DNA of 64,000 nt from Lingula anatina. Taxonomy: Eukaryota > Animalia > Brachiopoda. The first letter of the stretch is position 1, and each line of letters opens with the position of its first letter. Under the pieces are notes generated by a model, which worked only from the letters and a program-made list of their open reading frames with translations, did no database searches and was not told the origin of the DNA. Made by a program: the position numbers and the translations under genes. Below are positions 14,679-28,062 of the stretch, in pieces. Where the stretch lies: positions 15,872,001 to 15,936,000 of the forward strand of contig CM120645.1 in NCBI GenBank assembly GCA_051362555.1. The letters are read 5' to 3'.

Positions 14679-15123
14679 CTAAACGTTATCATCAACTTTT
14701 GGGGCTTGTGTGCGAGGTAGATGAGGAAGTTAGGAAAAAAAACTTGATTGCAAACAGGATGACACAGATGTAGGGACTCATCAGTAGCCTACTTTACCAA
14801 TGGTGTTGCTGATCTACTTATCCGATTGGTCATCTAAATAGGCATGCCGTTGGGAATAAAAGATTGGGATATCGCCACTTTGGTTTAAAAAGTAATCACA
14901 TGGCTCATAGCTTTAAGTACCAAGCAAATGGGTTGTCACATAAAGTATTCAAAATTTGATGAAAGTATTTTGAAGTCTTAATGGATAGTGGGTGTTGTTT
15001 CCTAAGCGGTGGTATTTTCAACACCGCACGCTAGGGTACATACACCCCCCCCCCCCCCCCCCCAAGCACACACGGGGCCTCGTTTGCTCTGTCTCCTTGG
15101 AAAGAGTTTAGAACTGAGTTTAA

Positions 15124-15338
15124 CCCCTTTACACTGGACGGTGTCCTTTGTGCGTCCTATGTGCGACCATGAAAATGGCATCGCTGCGGTGGTAGAAAGG
15201 AGGCACAAGCATCGCTAAATGGTTGCACAATAAATGGTCAATGATTTGCCAGTTGTCGGCACGTAAAGTGTTTTTTTTTTACTTTCAAACGGGGCCGCTC
15301 TACGGGGCGCAGCGAGGACACCGTCCTGTGTAAAGGGG
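15124..15338. mobile_element. Harbinger-like MITE
   Basis: TIRs cccctttacactggacggtgtcct / aggacaccgtcctgtgtaaagggg with TAA/TTA-like flanks. Confidence 0.7.
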
Positions 15339-15684
15339 GCTTTAGCGAGGCTGTATCAGGTCACGTCAGGCGACAGACTGGCTGGGATCATATGGCTTTT
15401 ACTGGTCACACGACTCGGTATTCCCAACTCAACAGCTAAGTGTCAATTATGGCACCCAATAGAGATATGAATGTATGAACAAATCTACACACAGTTGAAA
15501 TACCGCTGGGACTTTTGTAAGCTTGTGCACAAAGCTTTCGACCAAAACATTTTTTATCCATTACTTTGTACCTAATGGGCAGAAATAGCATGGTGAATCT
15601 TCCACTGAAGCAACTTCCATCTGTTTGCAGATACCGGTAGGTGTTCGTAAAAGCAAGCAAAAGTTTGATGGACGAATTGCGTTC

Positions 15685-16815
15685 AAAAACGATCAGAATA
15701 AGTACCATGCCATCTATAATGGCAACAGTGCGCTGTATTTCTCGTAAATTTGACAGATTTTTAACGGTATGTCGTGAAAATGATGACAGGCCATACTTAA
15801 TTGTGCATAAATATTTTAACAACTGGACTGTTTTGGAAACCTGTCCATCAAAGGTTCTATCGGAGCCTAAATGATGGTTTCTAGGTAGAAGCTTATGAAT
15901 TATCATTGTTTTGTCTTTAGACTGAATGACCACGAGTTTCCCATATACTCCACATATTAGCACGTCCAAAATTAAGCGCAGTCCTGGCCAAATATACCTT
16001 CAAGGATGAAAATAAGGGATGCCTTTGGATGGTGCCTTATTTTGTTAAAAAAAAATATCGGCCAAACCAGGCTCATACATATTGTGCAATGAGGGAGGAG
16101 TACGCCAAAAATATGCGTTAACACGTCAAAATTTGCGTTTACTAGATGAAAAATACACATAAAATAAATAAATTGTTTTTGTTTCTTCATTAATATGCAT
16201 ATAAACTGCCTATCGGAAAACATTGTAAAATATAAAGATAAAATTTCATATAAATAGAATAAATCAAACGTTTATTATATCTTTAAAACTAGTATGTCTC
16301 TATATCTATTTATTCATGCTGTTATAGTGAGGAATGACGACAGCAGTCTGGAGTTTTCGAACATTTATTCACCGACTCTAGCTTCATACTACTTCACAAA
16401 TATTTATATTCAATTTCTCAGTACTGATCACGCATTTACTTGTTTTCTTTTCCATTGTCTTTGCGTGATTACAAAATATTTTCCATTCGCATGTTGCAAG
16501 TCACCATGCAACATTTCCAATCGCATTTAAAAACAATCAGAGTAAGTACCAGTCATCTATAATGGCAACAGATTTTTTTAAACGATATGTCGTGATAATG
16601 ATGACAGGCCATACTTAATTGTGCGTAAATATTTCAACAACTGGACTGTTTTGGAAACATGTCTGTCAAAGGCTCTATCGGAGTCTAAGTGATGGTTTCT
16701 AGGTAGAAGCTTATGAATTATCATTGTTTTGTCTTTAGACTGAATAACCACGAGTTTCCCATATACTCCACATATTAGCACGTCCAAAATTAAGTGCAGT
16801 CCAGGTCAAATATTC
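15685..16815. repeat. Local direct duplication of ~290 bp (15685-15994 and 16529-16813)
   Basis: Near-identical sequence; both copies give the same spurious minus-strand ORF start (MDVLICGVYGKL...). Confidence 0.85.
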
Positions 16816-19800
16816 CTAACATCATAAGGGTCCTTTGGGTCTACTTAATAAAAAAATCCCACTTCGATGGCACTCAATAGAGAATCGTTATTTATCATTT
16901 TAGATGAATGATGACTCTAGAGGTAATGCATTTATAATTCTGTATCTTGCAGTATGACAGCGCCACTTTTGTTCATATGACTGTTAAACTAACATATTAT
17001 TTGACTTTATTGTGTTGGAAAATGTTTATATTACAATAACAAGTTTCGTATTTACCCAGAACTCAAGTCTAACTAACACTCGCTAGTCTGCCATTATTCC
17101 TGACTCCTCTCTGCACTAAATACCACGAGTTTTCACCTTTTTACGTTAAGTGGCAATGTTTGAGCTATGCTATGATTCTCAGGGCTTACTTAATATTTTT
17201 GTGCGATTGAATTAGCGATACCTTCGATAAGATAAGATAAGCTAAGAGTTTATCAAGCCAATTACGAAAATCGGAAAACCCTTTCCTTTTAGAGCAAGTT
17301 TGATAATAAACAGAGTAAAAGTAATGCAATCGATAATTAAGAATTTGGTTTTGAGATCAAATTAAAATGCGTCACTGCACTTGGATAAAAGCTGTTTAAA
17401 AAATCGTTTACTGCCTTTAAAATTACAGAGTCTAATATAGTTATCCCAGGGCAAGCCCAACTGCTTTCTTTGGAATTATTTGATGTCATTGGATCCAGCA
17501 TCATTTAACTATAATCTGCATTGAAAGTTTATCGTACAAATTACTTCCTCGATCGTCACATGCTGTTTCGCCTTCCTTCCTATAACTGACAGGACGGAGT
17601 TGGGTGAATGCCAGGGAAAGAGTCGTTTTGTTTTCAAATCTGATTACTGGAATTTCTGGATATTGGGAATGAGCCTTACAAGTTTCCAAACTGATCATTG
17701 CTTTGGCGTTTTTTGTTCTCTCTTAAAAACTCCGAGTAGGTTCAGGTTTATATATGAAATAAAACAATAAACATTTGTGAGGATTTTTGTATATTATACA
17801 GAAACAAATAATATGTAAAACAATACCCAGATGGGTTAAGAAGTATGTCGGACAAAAACTGATTTTCTGAAATATAGTTTATTGTGTAGTTTTTGTTCTA
17901 TTCTAAACTAGACATAGACCGCTGGTGAGAAGTGATGTAAGATTTAACCTAAATCGACACGCGCGTTACTGTACAAGGTTTACATTTAGTAATTGAATCT
18001 TGTTTAAGCCAACTGTTTAAATCTGTTTAACAGGACGGATTTTGACCAAGATGCATTGCAGTGGAAGTCGAGTTTGTTAGAAAACCTGTACTACATATAT
18101 CATTCATAATCTGATATTTTTGGTCTCAGGAGATTCAAATATAATCATCGCAGATAACAAAAAAGTCATTGGCTAGCAAAAAATACTAGACACGTGAAAT
18201 ATGGCATTACCAGCTTAATAACAAATTATTGGGATAAAACCTCCATCTGCTGTCACAGGCAGCTTGATTAGACTTTTTAATTCAGTATTCCACGCGCCGT
18301 TTTCTTTTTCAAATGCTTGACTCCATTTCATTTAAGTGTATAAACTTTGCCATTGAGAACCTAGTAGTCACTAATTGCTGTGATTTTCTTGGTACATAGT
18401 CAATTTAGATTGAACCGAAGAAGCTTGCCAACGGGTAGAACTTAAAAAAAGGTTGTTGTTTAACCAGCAGGACATCTGACAACGTAAACACATAGCTGAG
18501 ATCTTTTAAAAGATAAAACCAAGCAACACAAGTGTCACTGTATCTTGCAGCGGAGAATGTGTTTGACTATTTCACTTTGACAAGTAACTACAGAAAATGT
18601 CGACACCCCTTTGAGATTTTCATCAATCTGATTCAAGTTCAATGGGTTTCCCCGGAAGGCTTGTCGAATCGAATTTAGATGTAATCAGCACCACAATGTA
18701 TGTATATTGGCAGTTGTTTACCACGCTCTTCTGTTCTTTCTATAGCATTGCGTTCTCTCCGCATGCTGGCATCGTTTTGACTTGCAATGTTTTTTTTATG
18801 TGCTGCTTTGAAAACGAGACCTCAATCGTTAATGCGGCAGGGCAAGGGGCGTACTAGCACGTCAAAGAGTGACTACTTTAATGTGATATAGGACATTTGC
18901 TCTGTTCAGTTGGATTAGGCGATTGCTGGCAATATATTCATAGATTCATGACTTCTCATGACTTCAAACGAGGTCCGTCCCGTGTGGTCTTAAATGGGCT
19001 TTTCTGTGGATTTTGTCATTCTGAGATAAGAGGTTTTGGCAAACAAGTCAGAAGCTAATGCACAATCAACGCAGGCGAGCGCCCTTTGAAACAGTAAGTG
19101 TCAGAATGCTTAATTACCATCTTAATGAAGCTTGATCGTTGGCTCTAATTGTACAAATCCCGAATTACCAATTTAATGAAATTTAATCATTGGCACTAAT
19201 TGTTGGAGACCTCTGATGACAGGAAACACTTAATAGCTGGTGTTAATGTTATTATTATTTTTTGGCTATGGTTAGCTATTTATAGCAGAAACGATCATTT
19301 AAAGGGCGTAATAATAGGTAAGTGGGCTGACCAGGGTATAAGTAGTAATCTTGAACTGAGGCTACGACACACTTGAAATGTTTACAGACAACAGGACGGC
19401 GTCAATCGTCTGGCGTTTCTTAATCGTCTTGATTGGAACAATCCCCGGACGCCCACTAATATATGATGCTGTCGGTTCCGTTTGAAATCTTTCGGAAGAT
19501 ATACTGTATACATTGTCAATGGTAAACACAGTGACGCTTTTCACCACTTATTTCTAAAGGTAGGTCCTTCGTGTTGTTTTCTGGGTTGAAATATTTTGTT
19601 TAACAACAACAACAAAAGCAGTGGTTATTTTTATTATTGAATCAAATGCTGTCATTTAGTTGAAGTAGGTGATATATATGAGCTCTATGTAAAAGCATTT
19701 TTCCCAAATTCTGTTTACTTTAAAATAGGAGAGAATTATTTACTGTATCTTTAAAATCATTGTCTTATCACTGACGTTTTTAGTGGTGATATTAAAAAGC

Positions 19801-20363
19801 TGAGGTAGTAGTCGTCGGGTTTGGCATTGGTTCAATTGTTTAAGAATTCTTCAAAGAATAAAAAAAGCTCTTGGGTTCCGTAAACTATAATGCTATCACT
19901 TCATATTCATATCACATTGATGCCAATTGGTTCGAGGATTTAAAACAGCGATGATTCTCAACACATTTTTGCATTAAATACAGCCGTAAGAAACGGTAAA
20001 TAAAAATTGTTACTAGAATGGACTTCTCTCACACCAGGCGTTACAAGCAGTCTCTTCCGCGCGTCTCCTATAGTACATCGGACCATTACCTAACAGAATT
20101 CTTGCTTCCCAGAACGGAAATGCCGGCAAATATGCCAAGCACAATGAGAAACATTGTATCTATCGAGGGTTTACTTCCTACGGGGTGATTTCTCTTGGGA
20201 CATGTTGATAACAGCAATGGCAAAAGATAGTGAAAACTTCACTTCTGTTCTCTTTTCAAACAGTAAATCAGAGATACCATGTAAGAGCAAAAGATTGGAT
20301 CCGTACAGTAAAAAAATCGTTGAACTGACAGCAATCTCCCTGGGAAGGAAAAAGAAGATAGCA

Positions 20364-20401
20364 AATAATAATAATGATAATAATAATAATAATAATAATA
20401 A
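20364..20401. repeat. (AAT)n microsatellite
   Basis: Directly visible. Confidence 0.9.
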
Positions 20402-22254
20402 ATCAATAAATAATAAAGGTAATGATAACATTGGAAAAAATCTAGACTGATCTTGTGTATGCTTAGGATCAGCTGATACATTAGAAACAATGCTGTTCAC
20501 TTTTGGAATATCGGTCGAGACAACCGACAGTTTTACCATTCATTTTTGGCCATCATTAAACATGCCTGTGTGATCTCGAATGAGAAATAAGAAAATTTCA
20601 AACATAGATGTTCAAAGCATCATTATCAAGTCAACGATAACATCTTAATCACTCACAATGTGGCAATTGCTATGATCAAAGTACTTTTAAGACCTTTGAT
20701 TATCCAATGTGAGGACTGATAGTCACGACTTAGTAGGGCTTTATTATTTACGCGTTTTGATTAACTGCTTTCACTGGATCGTTAGGGATTAATACAAAGC
20801 ACTCTATCTATTTTACTAACTACAGCAGTGTCATGTGTAGTACAAACATCAAAGGCGTCTAGGGATCAGTACTCCATAAAACCAATTAGTCATTATACAC
20901 CTGTACGTATACGTATTCTCGACATTCATCATAAGACTTCCCTTTCCTTAAACATCATGACGACAATAAATACACGATCAAACGATCAGAAGTTATTGCT
21001 ATGACTTTTTACTCTCATATTAAGATTCATATTATTAAATTAAGACTGATGGACATACTGCACCTAACCGGAAGTTAGAAACTCTAAAAATTCTTACTGT
21101 CGCTCTCCACAGCCACGTTGTGGCATCCGAACCCTGCTTTCAATGTAAATGTCAATATCACATGCATTTGAATGAGGCCCGAATCTCCCGGCTTTATAAC
21201 TGTTGGCCTATATATCAGTGAGAAAAAGAAGGAAAACGGGACAGATGAACGGTCCAACATGCACATCGCATGTCTGTACGTGGTCACACAAGTCGTGGCT
21301 TGTGTGTGTGTGTGTTTTTTCGCATTTTGACAGTGTACATGATTGATTATGTCTCTAGAATGAATAATAGTGTCTTAAATCTGATAATTGCGCTTAATTG
21401 TCAGTTTAAGGGCTCATTCCCATATTCACCATCGTTATACGTATGTCCATAGAAGTTCTATGGCATGTCGTAATGAAACTCGATTTAAGGAAATCACCAC
21501 TACGCCTATCATGTACTCTTCCATGTTTTTGACACAATATCAGTTTTACAAGTACAACGGATTGGTCAAACTGTTTTTCACTTTGAAGTGCTTTGAATGC
21601 TACCTCATATTGTTTCTGCCAATGATCAATTAGACCCACTAATAGTATTCCTATTATTTTGACAAAAGCAATGTGATTAAGTTACGTACATCGATCAGGA
21701 AAATGTCTAGACAAGAACAGGATTTTCCCTGCGGTGAGAACAGTAAGCAGATCGGAAATAAGACGGCCGATTTTCAATATAAATTCAAAGAAGCATAAAA
21801 AAAATGCTAAAACTGTCCTATAATCCGTTAAATTTACGTCTGACATTTGAAGTCTGAGTTAAAGATACATTAACTTATTTTTGAGATTATCGTATTGTTG
21901 CCAGAAGAGTTTGGAGGAATTCCGCTTGCAGAGCCGTCCTTTTTTGTAAATGCGGAATGACGTCCTATTTGTCGCTGAAAGGTTTCATAACGTGTGCGTG
22001 TTTCTGTATTTATTTGGGTAAGTGTGTGTGTGTGTGTGTGCGTGTGTGTATGTGCGTGCATGCTCGCACGCGTGTTTTTTCAAGCATTGCAAGCATATTA
22101 ACTGGAACCGTGAAGTCAAGTTTAAAAAGTCCAGGAGATACACAGATGTTGTAACGTCTGCTCGCAAAAAAGTTCGGACAGGACTCGGTCCAATATGTTT
22201 CTTGCAATTTGTCTCGTAGTCCTTACAGTATTGAAACAGTCCAGTCCCAATGGG

Positions 22255-22669
22255 TATAAACACTTGTTAAGGAGCTGCCGGCGGCCCATGGGGTAGTTCT
22301 CATTTTTCCAGTATTGACACCACAAAATGAAGCTGTAAAAAGAACTTTTCGGTATTTTGTTTTCCGCGAGAAAGCCAAACCCTGTATTTGCCTTCGGGCA
22401 CAGAATCTAAAATCTCGCTGATTTTTCAGTTTAAAAGTGAAATCACCTTCTTCTTCGGTGGCCCGTAGGCATTCTACAAGATTTTTTTTATAATGGATTT
22501 TGGTTTTGTCTGAAGTTTGGAACAGGGCGACATTTTTTCTGTTGTGGTGATGATTATTTCCACCGCGGAGAATAATGATTTGTGAAAAATAGACTATGGG
22601 GCTTGCCTTAGTGACGAGTTGCCCTCCCGTATTCACCTATTTGAATGGCAAACAAGTTGATTCTTTAAG
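22255..22669 (+). promoter_or_regulatory. Candidate TATA box and non-coding upstream exon of the GPCR
   Basis: TATAAA at 22255, CpG-rich segment, and a strong donor AAG|GTAAGG at 22669/22670 upstream of the 23925 acceptor. Confidence 0.3.
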
Positions 22670-23925
22670 GTAAGGATCACGGCAAGCGAAACATCACAGA
22701 AATTTCAAAGACGGAGACGCATTATACAGGAAAGGAACTGATTTGGAATTTTCTGCCTTATGTTTTCGCTTTCTCTTTGATTTTTAAATAAAATATGAGT
22801 GTTGAGATGTAACTAATCCTACTGAGTTCTCCACAGAGCAAAAATCGTTCAACATGTAGCAAATAAAGTATATCAGTCGACTTTTAGCTGTTTTTAATTC
22901 TTTTCTCACAAATTGGCGGCCATGTTGAAAATTGCACAATATCTTGGAAGAAGCAGCTAAGGTAATTTTGCTTTTCTAGCCCTAGAGAATGAGTTTTTCA
23001 AAATAATAATAATAATAACAAGCAATAACAAGCAATAACATTGAAGGGTTTGACCATTGAACCTAAGGAGGTGTCAACTCCACTACCAAGGCACACTGTA
23101 GCGTCCATTTTGTTCAACAACATTAATGATGCACACAGCATGTCACCGCTTAAAGCTCCACAGCAGCGTTCAATTTTCATTAATCAGAACAGATATATTG
23201 GTAGTCGAAACTGTTCATGTTCTTGTTTTCGGATGAAAAATAGATTTAATTGGTTTGACTGATCTTCGTTTTCACCAGGGGAGAGCTGCTAGAAGTTTCA
23301 AAGTAACATGGGATGTCATTAACTGCGATGCAAAATGCAAAAACTAACACCAAGGGACTTTTTTTTCAAGCTGTCTTTTAAATGACGTAAAGAGGAAAAA
23401 CTAAAGGAAACCAACATTGTCTGGCATTTACATAACCCAAATACGCCTGCGGTAAACTAAATATTTTACCGCGGTATAATAATCATTTAACATTATTTTA
23501 TCAACTTAATGATTATTACACACACTGGACAAAAGAAGTGTCACCCCTACTGGACCAATACTTTGGGGGAGATAAATGACTGTGGAATGATATGCTCCTG
23601 GTATCATTTTATTAACATCAAATTTCACAAAAAGACCAACAATACAGTTCCATGGTACAGCGGTTTAATACTCATGAGTCACATTATAAGTAGACAAGGC
23701 ATTATAAGTACACGGTACTCAAGATCTACCTACTTTGATTACTCTGATTCAGGGGTTGACACTTCTATTGTCCATTGTGTGTACTTTCGTGGTGAAAATA
23801 AATGACTAAACAAGAAATACAACTGAGAAAAAGAATTACCGTCGCCGTGGAAATTATTATCACCGCGTATGGTTTGATTTATCATATTTATATGTAATAT
23901 TTACTTTTCGAATTTCCCTTTTCAG

Positions 23926-24103
23926 AACCACGAAACAACATTGTACCAGGATGGCAAGATGAGTTCAGCAAAAAGCGATTCTGAAAAAAGACCAGGAACC
24001 TCAATCTAAAAAGTGTTTGAAACTGTTTCATCTTCAAAGCAGCTGATAAAACCCCTACTATCTTTGCTGGTCAACCATAGCTAAAATCACGGGGCATTCG
24101 ATC
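23926..24103 (+). other. 5' UTR part of the GPCR coding exon (after a splice acceptor)
   Basis: Polypyrimidine tract ttttcgaatttcccttttcAG ends at 23925, 178 nt upstream of the ATG. Confidence 0.6.
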
Positions 24104-25411
24104 ATGGATGTCTTTGACGGAGACCACGACCACCATAACCTGAGTGTGTATAGTGGAGCATCCGGAGATTCCAATGATTCCATTCAAAGCAATTATACTT
24201 ATACCCCTATACATATACCAGACTTTTACTTTTATATTCCAGTAGGCTTTTGCCTGTTTGGGGTTTTCGAAAACATCATATCGTTGGTGGCGTTGGCACA
24301 CGTTCGCCGCCAGGGAGATGCTTTGTACCTGCTACTGGGAAACCTGTGTGTCGTGGACATTCTTTTACTGATTTTTGCCGTGGTGTACTACATCATTAGC
24401 GACCTTTTGTTATACAGAATTGAAAACACCGATCCCCGACACATAGATTTATTGTGTTTTTCCCTACTCTTTAAAAGTTTCTTTCAAACCACCGTTTTTG
24501 CCGAAGCGTTTACCACAGTAGGGCTAGTAGTGTTCACTACTCTGAAGGTCTTGCAGCCTTTGAGGAGTCTATATCTGTTACATCCACCTTGGATTTGGAT
24601 ACCCATTTCGGCAATATGGCTTCTCTCATCCCTTATGGGATTTGCAATTTACATATTGGCTGCAATCCGTAGTGAAACGAAGACATTTTTGGACATTTGT
24701 ACAATGTATGTATCAGAGGAATCCCTCTTAATCAATGAACATACAATTGCGGCGGCGACCATTGGAGTAAGCGTTGTTGTGGTTGCGTTGTGTTATATCA
24801 AAGTAATACACATTGCACGAAACGCTAAGAGGCGCCACCGGTACTCTCGCTACCAATCCGCGTCCGAGACGTCTATCAGTTGTCGTCCCGCGGAGACGAG
24901 ATTCTCGTTGTCCGAGTCCAATGCTGCGTATAGCAAACGCCAACAATGCGTTGTGTTCAGTAATGGAAAAGATTCCGGGACAACCATGGCAATTTCAACC
25001 ACGCCGAACCGTAGACACAGTCATGATAGTACGACCAAGGTTGCCATGACTGCCGTACTGTTGTTTGGAGTACTACTCGTTTTCTGGATACCATACGTGG
25101 TGATTGGCCTCCTTCGAATTCTTGACGATATGTTACCTGCGTACGTTGTCACAACCCTGTTTTTACTGAACGCCATTTTGGATCCCCTGATATACGGGAT
25201 ACGTCTTCGGCGCATGCGCAGTGGATACGAACTGATGTTCAAAAGATGTTTTGCGTTTTTCAAACGAAAGGATCTCCGCAGTCTTCACAGCCACCGGTCC
25301 ACAAGTTTTAGTAGGGCAACTCAAGTCAGTCACACCAGACGTCTAAGTTCAAGAAATGGTTCTGCGTCTCAGTTCCTTCCAAGACAAAGTTCGGCTAGTA
25401 GATTCCAATAA
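24104..25411 (+). CDS. Class A (rhodopsin-like) orphan GPCR, melanocortin/MECA-like, uninterrupted CDS, 435 aa
   Basis: Seven hydrophobic segments. TM1 GVFENIISL, TM2 LYLLLGNLCVVD, TM4 Trp (SAIWLLS), TM5 LCYIKV, TM6 FWIPY, TM7 NAILDPLIY followed by helix-8 GIRLRRMR. N-terminal sequons NLS/NYT; Ser/Arg-rich ICL3 and tail. Confidence 0.93.
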   Translation: MDVFDGDHDHHNLSVYSGASGDSNDSIQSNYTYTPIHIPDFYFYIPVGFCLFGVFENIISLVALAHVRRQGDALYLLLGNLCVVDILLLIFAVVYYIISDLLLYRIENTDPRHIDLLCFSLLFKSFFQTTVFAEAFTTVGLVVFTTLKVLQPLRSLYLLHPPWIWIPISAIWLLSSLMGFAIYILAAIRSETKTFLDICTMYVSEESLLINEHTIAAATIGVSVVVVALCYIKVIHIARNAKRRHRYSRYQSASETSISCRPAETRFSLSESNAAYSKRQQCVVFSNGKDSGTTMAISTTPNRRHSHDSTTKVAMTAVLLFGVLLVFWIPYVVIGLLRILDDMLPAYVVTTLFLLNAILDPLIYGIRLRRMRSGYELMFKRCFAFFKRKDLRSLHSHRSTSFSRATQVSHTRRLSSRNGSASQFLPRQSSASRFQ

Positions 25412-25412
25412 A
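25407..25412 (+). terminator. AATAAA overlapping the GPCR stop codon (possible polyA signal)
   Basis: ...TTC CAA TAA AA: the hexamer includes the TAA stop. Confidence 0.3.
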
Positions 25413-26795
25413 ATATTTGTTCTCATCGAAATGAAAAATGAAAAATACGCGCCATAATTTTTATGGTTCGTCACGATGTTTTTATTGAAAGAGAAACATT
25501 GCATAATACTGAAAACAATATTCTGCATAAGAATTGTGGGAAGGGAGTGTAAAATCATGTTGAGTTTAGTTGGATATCATTTTGGATGAACAAATGGAGG
25601 TTCATAAATTTTTGGGTATTATTTGGGACTGGTACTCTTTGGGCTTGCTTTCAATTAAAATAGATTTGGCACTAGCCCTGGGCAATTTAAATTTTAGAAG
25701 GCCCACTTTTGGACCCTGACTGCCCGAAAGACTAGTACTAGTACTAGTAGCCCAAAATGTTTGTAGCACAGACTGTTATATATAACAAGTATAATACCAT
25801 CAAAAGGGATAAGATGCCAGAGTTACAGATTAAATACAGACAACAGATTGACAAATTTAAAAAATGGCTTTCACTCGAGGGAGTTACCACTACCTCAGCT
25901 GAGCCCTCGCGCTCAGCGCTACCCAACTTCGCCTACACAACAGGAAACGAACTATTGAGAACTTGTAAACGAGTGTTACATGTTAAGACCCGTCAAAGTG
26001 GATCGGCCCATTTAAGTATACCGCTCAATGTAAAGAGAACTCTAAGCCTTACTTAATGTATTAGCCTATTAGGGCCAACGTATCCTCAATGTAAAATTTA
26101 AGAAAATAATTTAAAATTACTGGATAGAGGGAAGAAAAAGCAAGCCTTGCCCAGGCATCTTTTGTAGCCTGAGTCCTCACACACGTTGATTGTGTTGTGG
26201 AAAAATACCCATTGTTATTACGCTGTGTTCATGTATTGGTTGGTTTTTATAAGCACTTGGGGTGGAATCTTTGTGATATATACTTTGTGTACTGATGATG
26301 TCCCCGATTAGTTCATAATCTGGCATTATATGGGGGATCTCCTTTGATAAGGTCAAACCCCACTGGATTAACATTGTAAAGAACATAACATACTGATTAC
26401 CTCGCCTTAATTGGGGTAAATACCCTAGTAAGATTATTCATCATTCATGTAAAGTCCATATTAATAGGTCCAGGTATTTGTGGACTGTGAATATCACTTA
26501 CATCTAGGACCCGCCGTTATTTTACGTGTCGTAGTTTACATATATACTTATAGACTTGGAAATGTTCCCAGTCTAAGACACAATCTAGTATTGTATGCAG
26601 AAATTCGGTACCTCATGGCATCAATGGTTCTAAGGGTATACTCATGGATAGTCTAGTCACCTTGGGCACAGAATTTATTGCATACCAATACCATCATTAT
26701 GCGTGCTTTGAATGTGAATTTCAGCAAAAATTTCAAAAACTTTTAAAGGTGCTCTTGTTCTTAGGTCCTAGCACCTGCTTTTCATGTGGATCTAA

Positions 26796-26970
26796 GGCCC
26801 CATTCAGAATAGGGGACTAACTAGTCCGAGAATCAAATATGGCCGACCCACTTGAATACTTCCCCACGGGATATCTATTCGGTGTCTTTTAGCGGATTAG
26901 ACAGCAAGCTTTGTAGTGGGTCGCCATATTTGACCCTCGGGTTAGTTAGTCCCCTATTCTGAATGGGGCC
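26796..26970. mobile_element. PIF/Harbinger-type MITE, ~57-bp TIRs, TAA TSD
   Basis: TAA|GGCCCCATTCAGAATAGGGGACTAACTA ... TTAGTTAGTCCCCTATTCTGAATGGGGCC|TAA. Confidence 0.88.
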
Positions 26971-27400
26971 TAAGTTATTTATACAAATGTGTCAGGATAA
27001 GAACGTTTTCTATTGTAGGCCTATGTATTAGTCGGATAAATAAACATGTCTATCTGTGTAATGTATTAAATTGTTACTGTTATTAGACTCAGGGAGGAAA
27101 AAATTGATCCTATTGACTTTCTTGGGAAACCATACCACCTGCTCTTCATGTGTATTTCAAATGTGCTAAATTTTGTTCAGGTAATAGCTTTTCTTTTTTT
27201 CAATGTATCAACAAACATGTCTCATCACATACTGTGCAAGGCGTTAATAACTAATGGATCGAGCCAGCAAAGATACACATGTAGAACACATTCCCACTGT
27301 GAGCCACCAGCCTCGCAAAGGTGCTTGCCCAGTTGGTTGCGCTCTTGATCTTTACGCCACACGGAAAACAGAGCCAAAAGAAGTAAAAAAAAAAAAAAGC

Positions 27401-27402
<2 letters not shown>

Positions 27403-27440
<38 letters not shown>
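27403..27440. repeat. (GA)n microsatellite
   Basis: Directly visible. Confidence 0.9.
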
Positions 27441-27443
<3 letters not shown>

Positions 27444-27968
27444 ATAGAGGGAGAGGAAATGAAAAGGTTGTCAAAATTATGGTTATCAAATTACGTTTTA
27501 TGTAATCATCTGAATCACTGTCAAATATAATGCTCAATGTGAAAAGGCCTGAAGAAATGGCTGAACTAGCTTAGATCATCACTTCTGTTCATTACCATAT
27601 CAATATGAAAATCAAAAGTAGAATTTGTTACATGTTTGGGTGTTTTATAGTGCACCCTTAAATATGAAAATGGCATTATAAGAACGTGGGGTTTAAAGGT
27701 CGATATTTCCATACACTTAAATCTTCATTTATTTGTGCATAAAATCAACCCCGACGACTAACCGGACCTTGTAGAACTTCCTCGTAAAGGGCTAATTGCA
27801 ATTCAGGAATGCATCTAGTAGGCCTCCATATGTAGGGCTCATTGCCATTGAAACTATCGGTCTACGTAGATTGATCCAACTCCGCGCAGACTCTCGCTGA
27901 ATGCAATCACTTTAACAGATTAACACGCCTCCCTCTGAGAATACAGAAATCTGATGATTATCCGAGAA

Positions 27969-28062
27969 CGTTAGAAACAAGAGGAGGCGAATTATACAGG
28001 TCTACTGTGATATAGGACAAAATATTATACACGAAGATTATTTGCAAGTTAATCGGTAACCA
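27969..28062 (+). repeat. Dispersed ~95-bp repeat, second copy at 34034-34132
   Basis: cgttagaaacaagaggaggcgaattatacaggtcta...gaagattatttgcaagttaatcggtaaccaag at both sites. Confidence 0.8.

Noticed and set aside
19801-19822. let-7-like start TGAGGTAGTAG
   Set aside because: Only the first 11 nt match let-7; the rest diverges and I see no complementary hairpin arm.
20154-20539. Overlapping ORFs with poly-N, poly-L and poly-Y
   Set aside because: Arise from the (AAT)n repeat.
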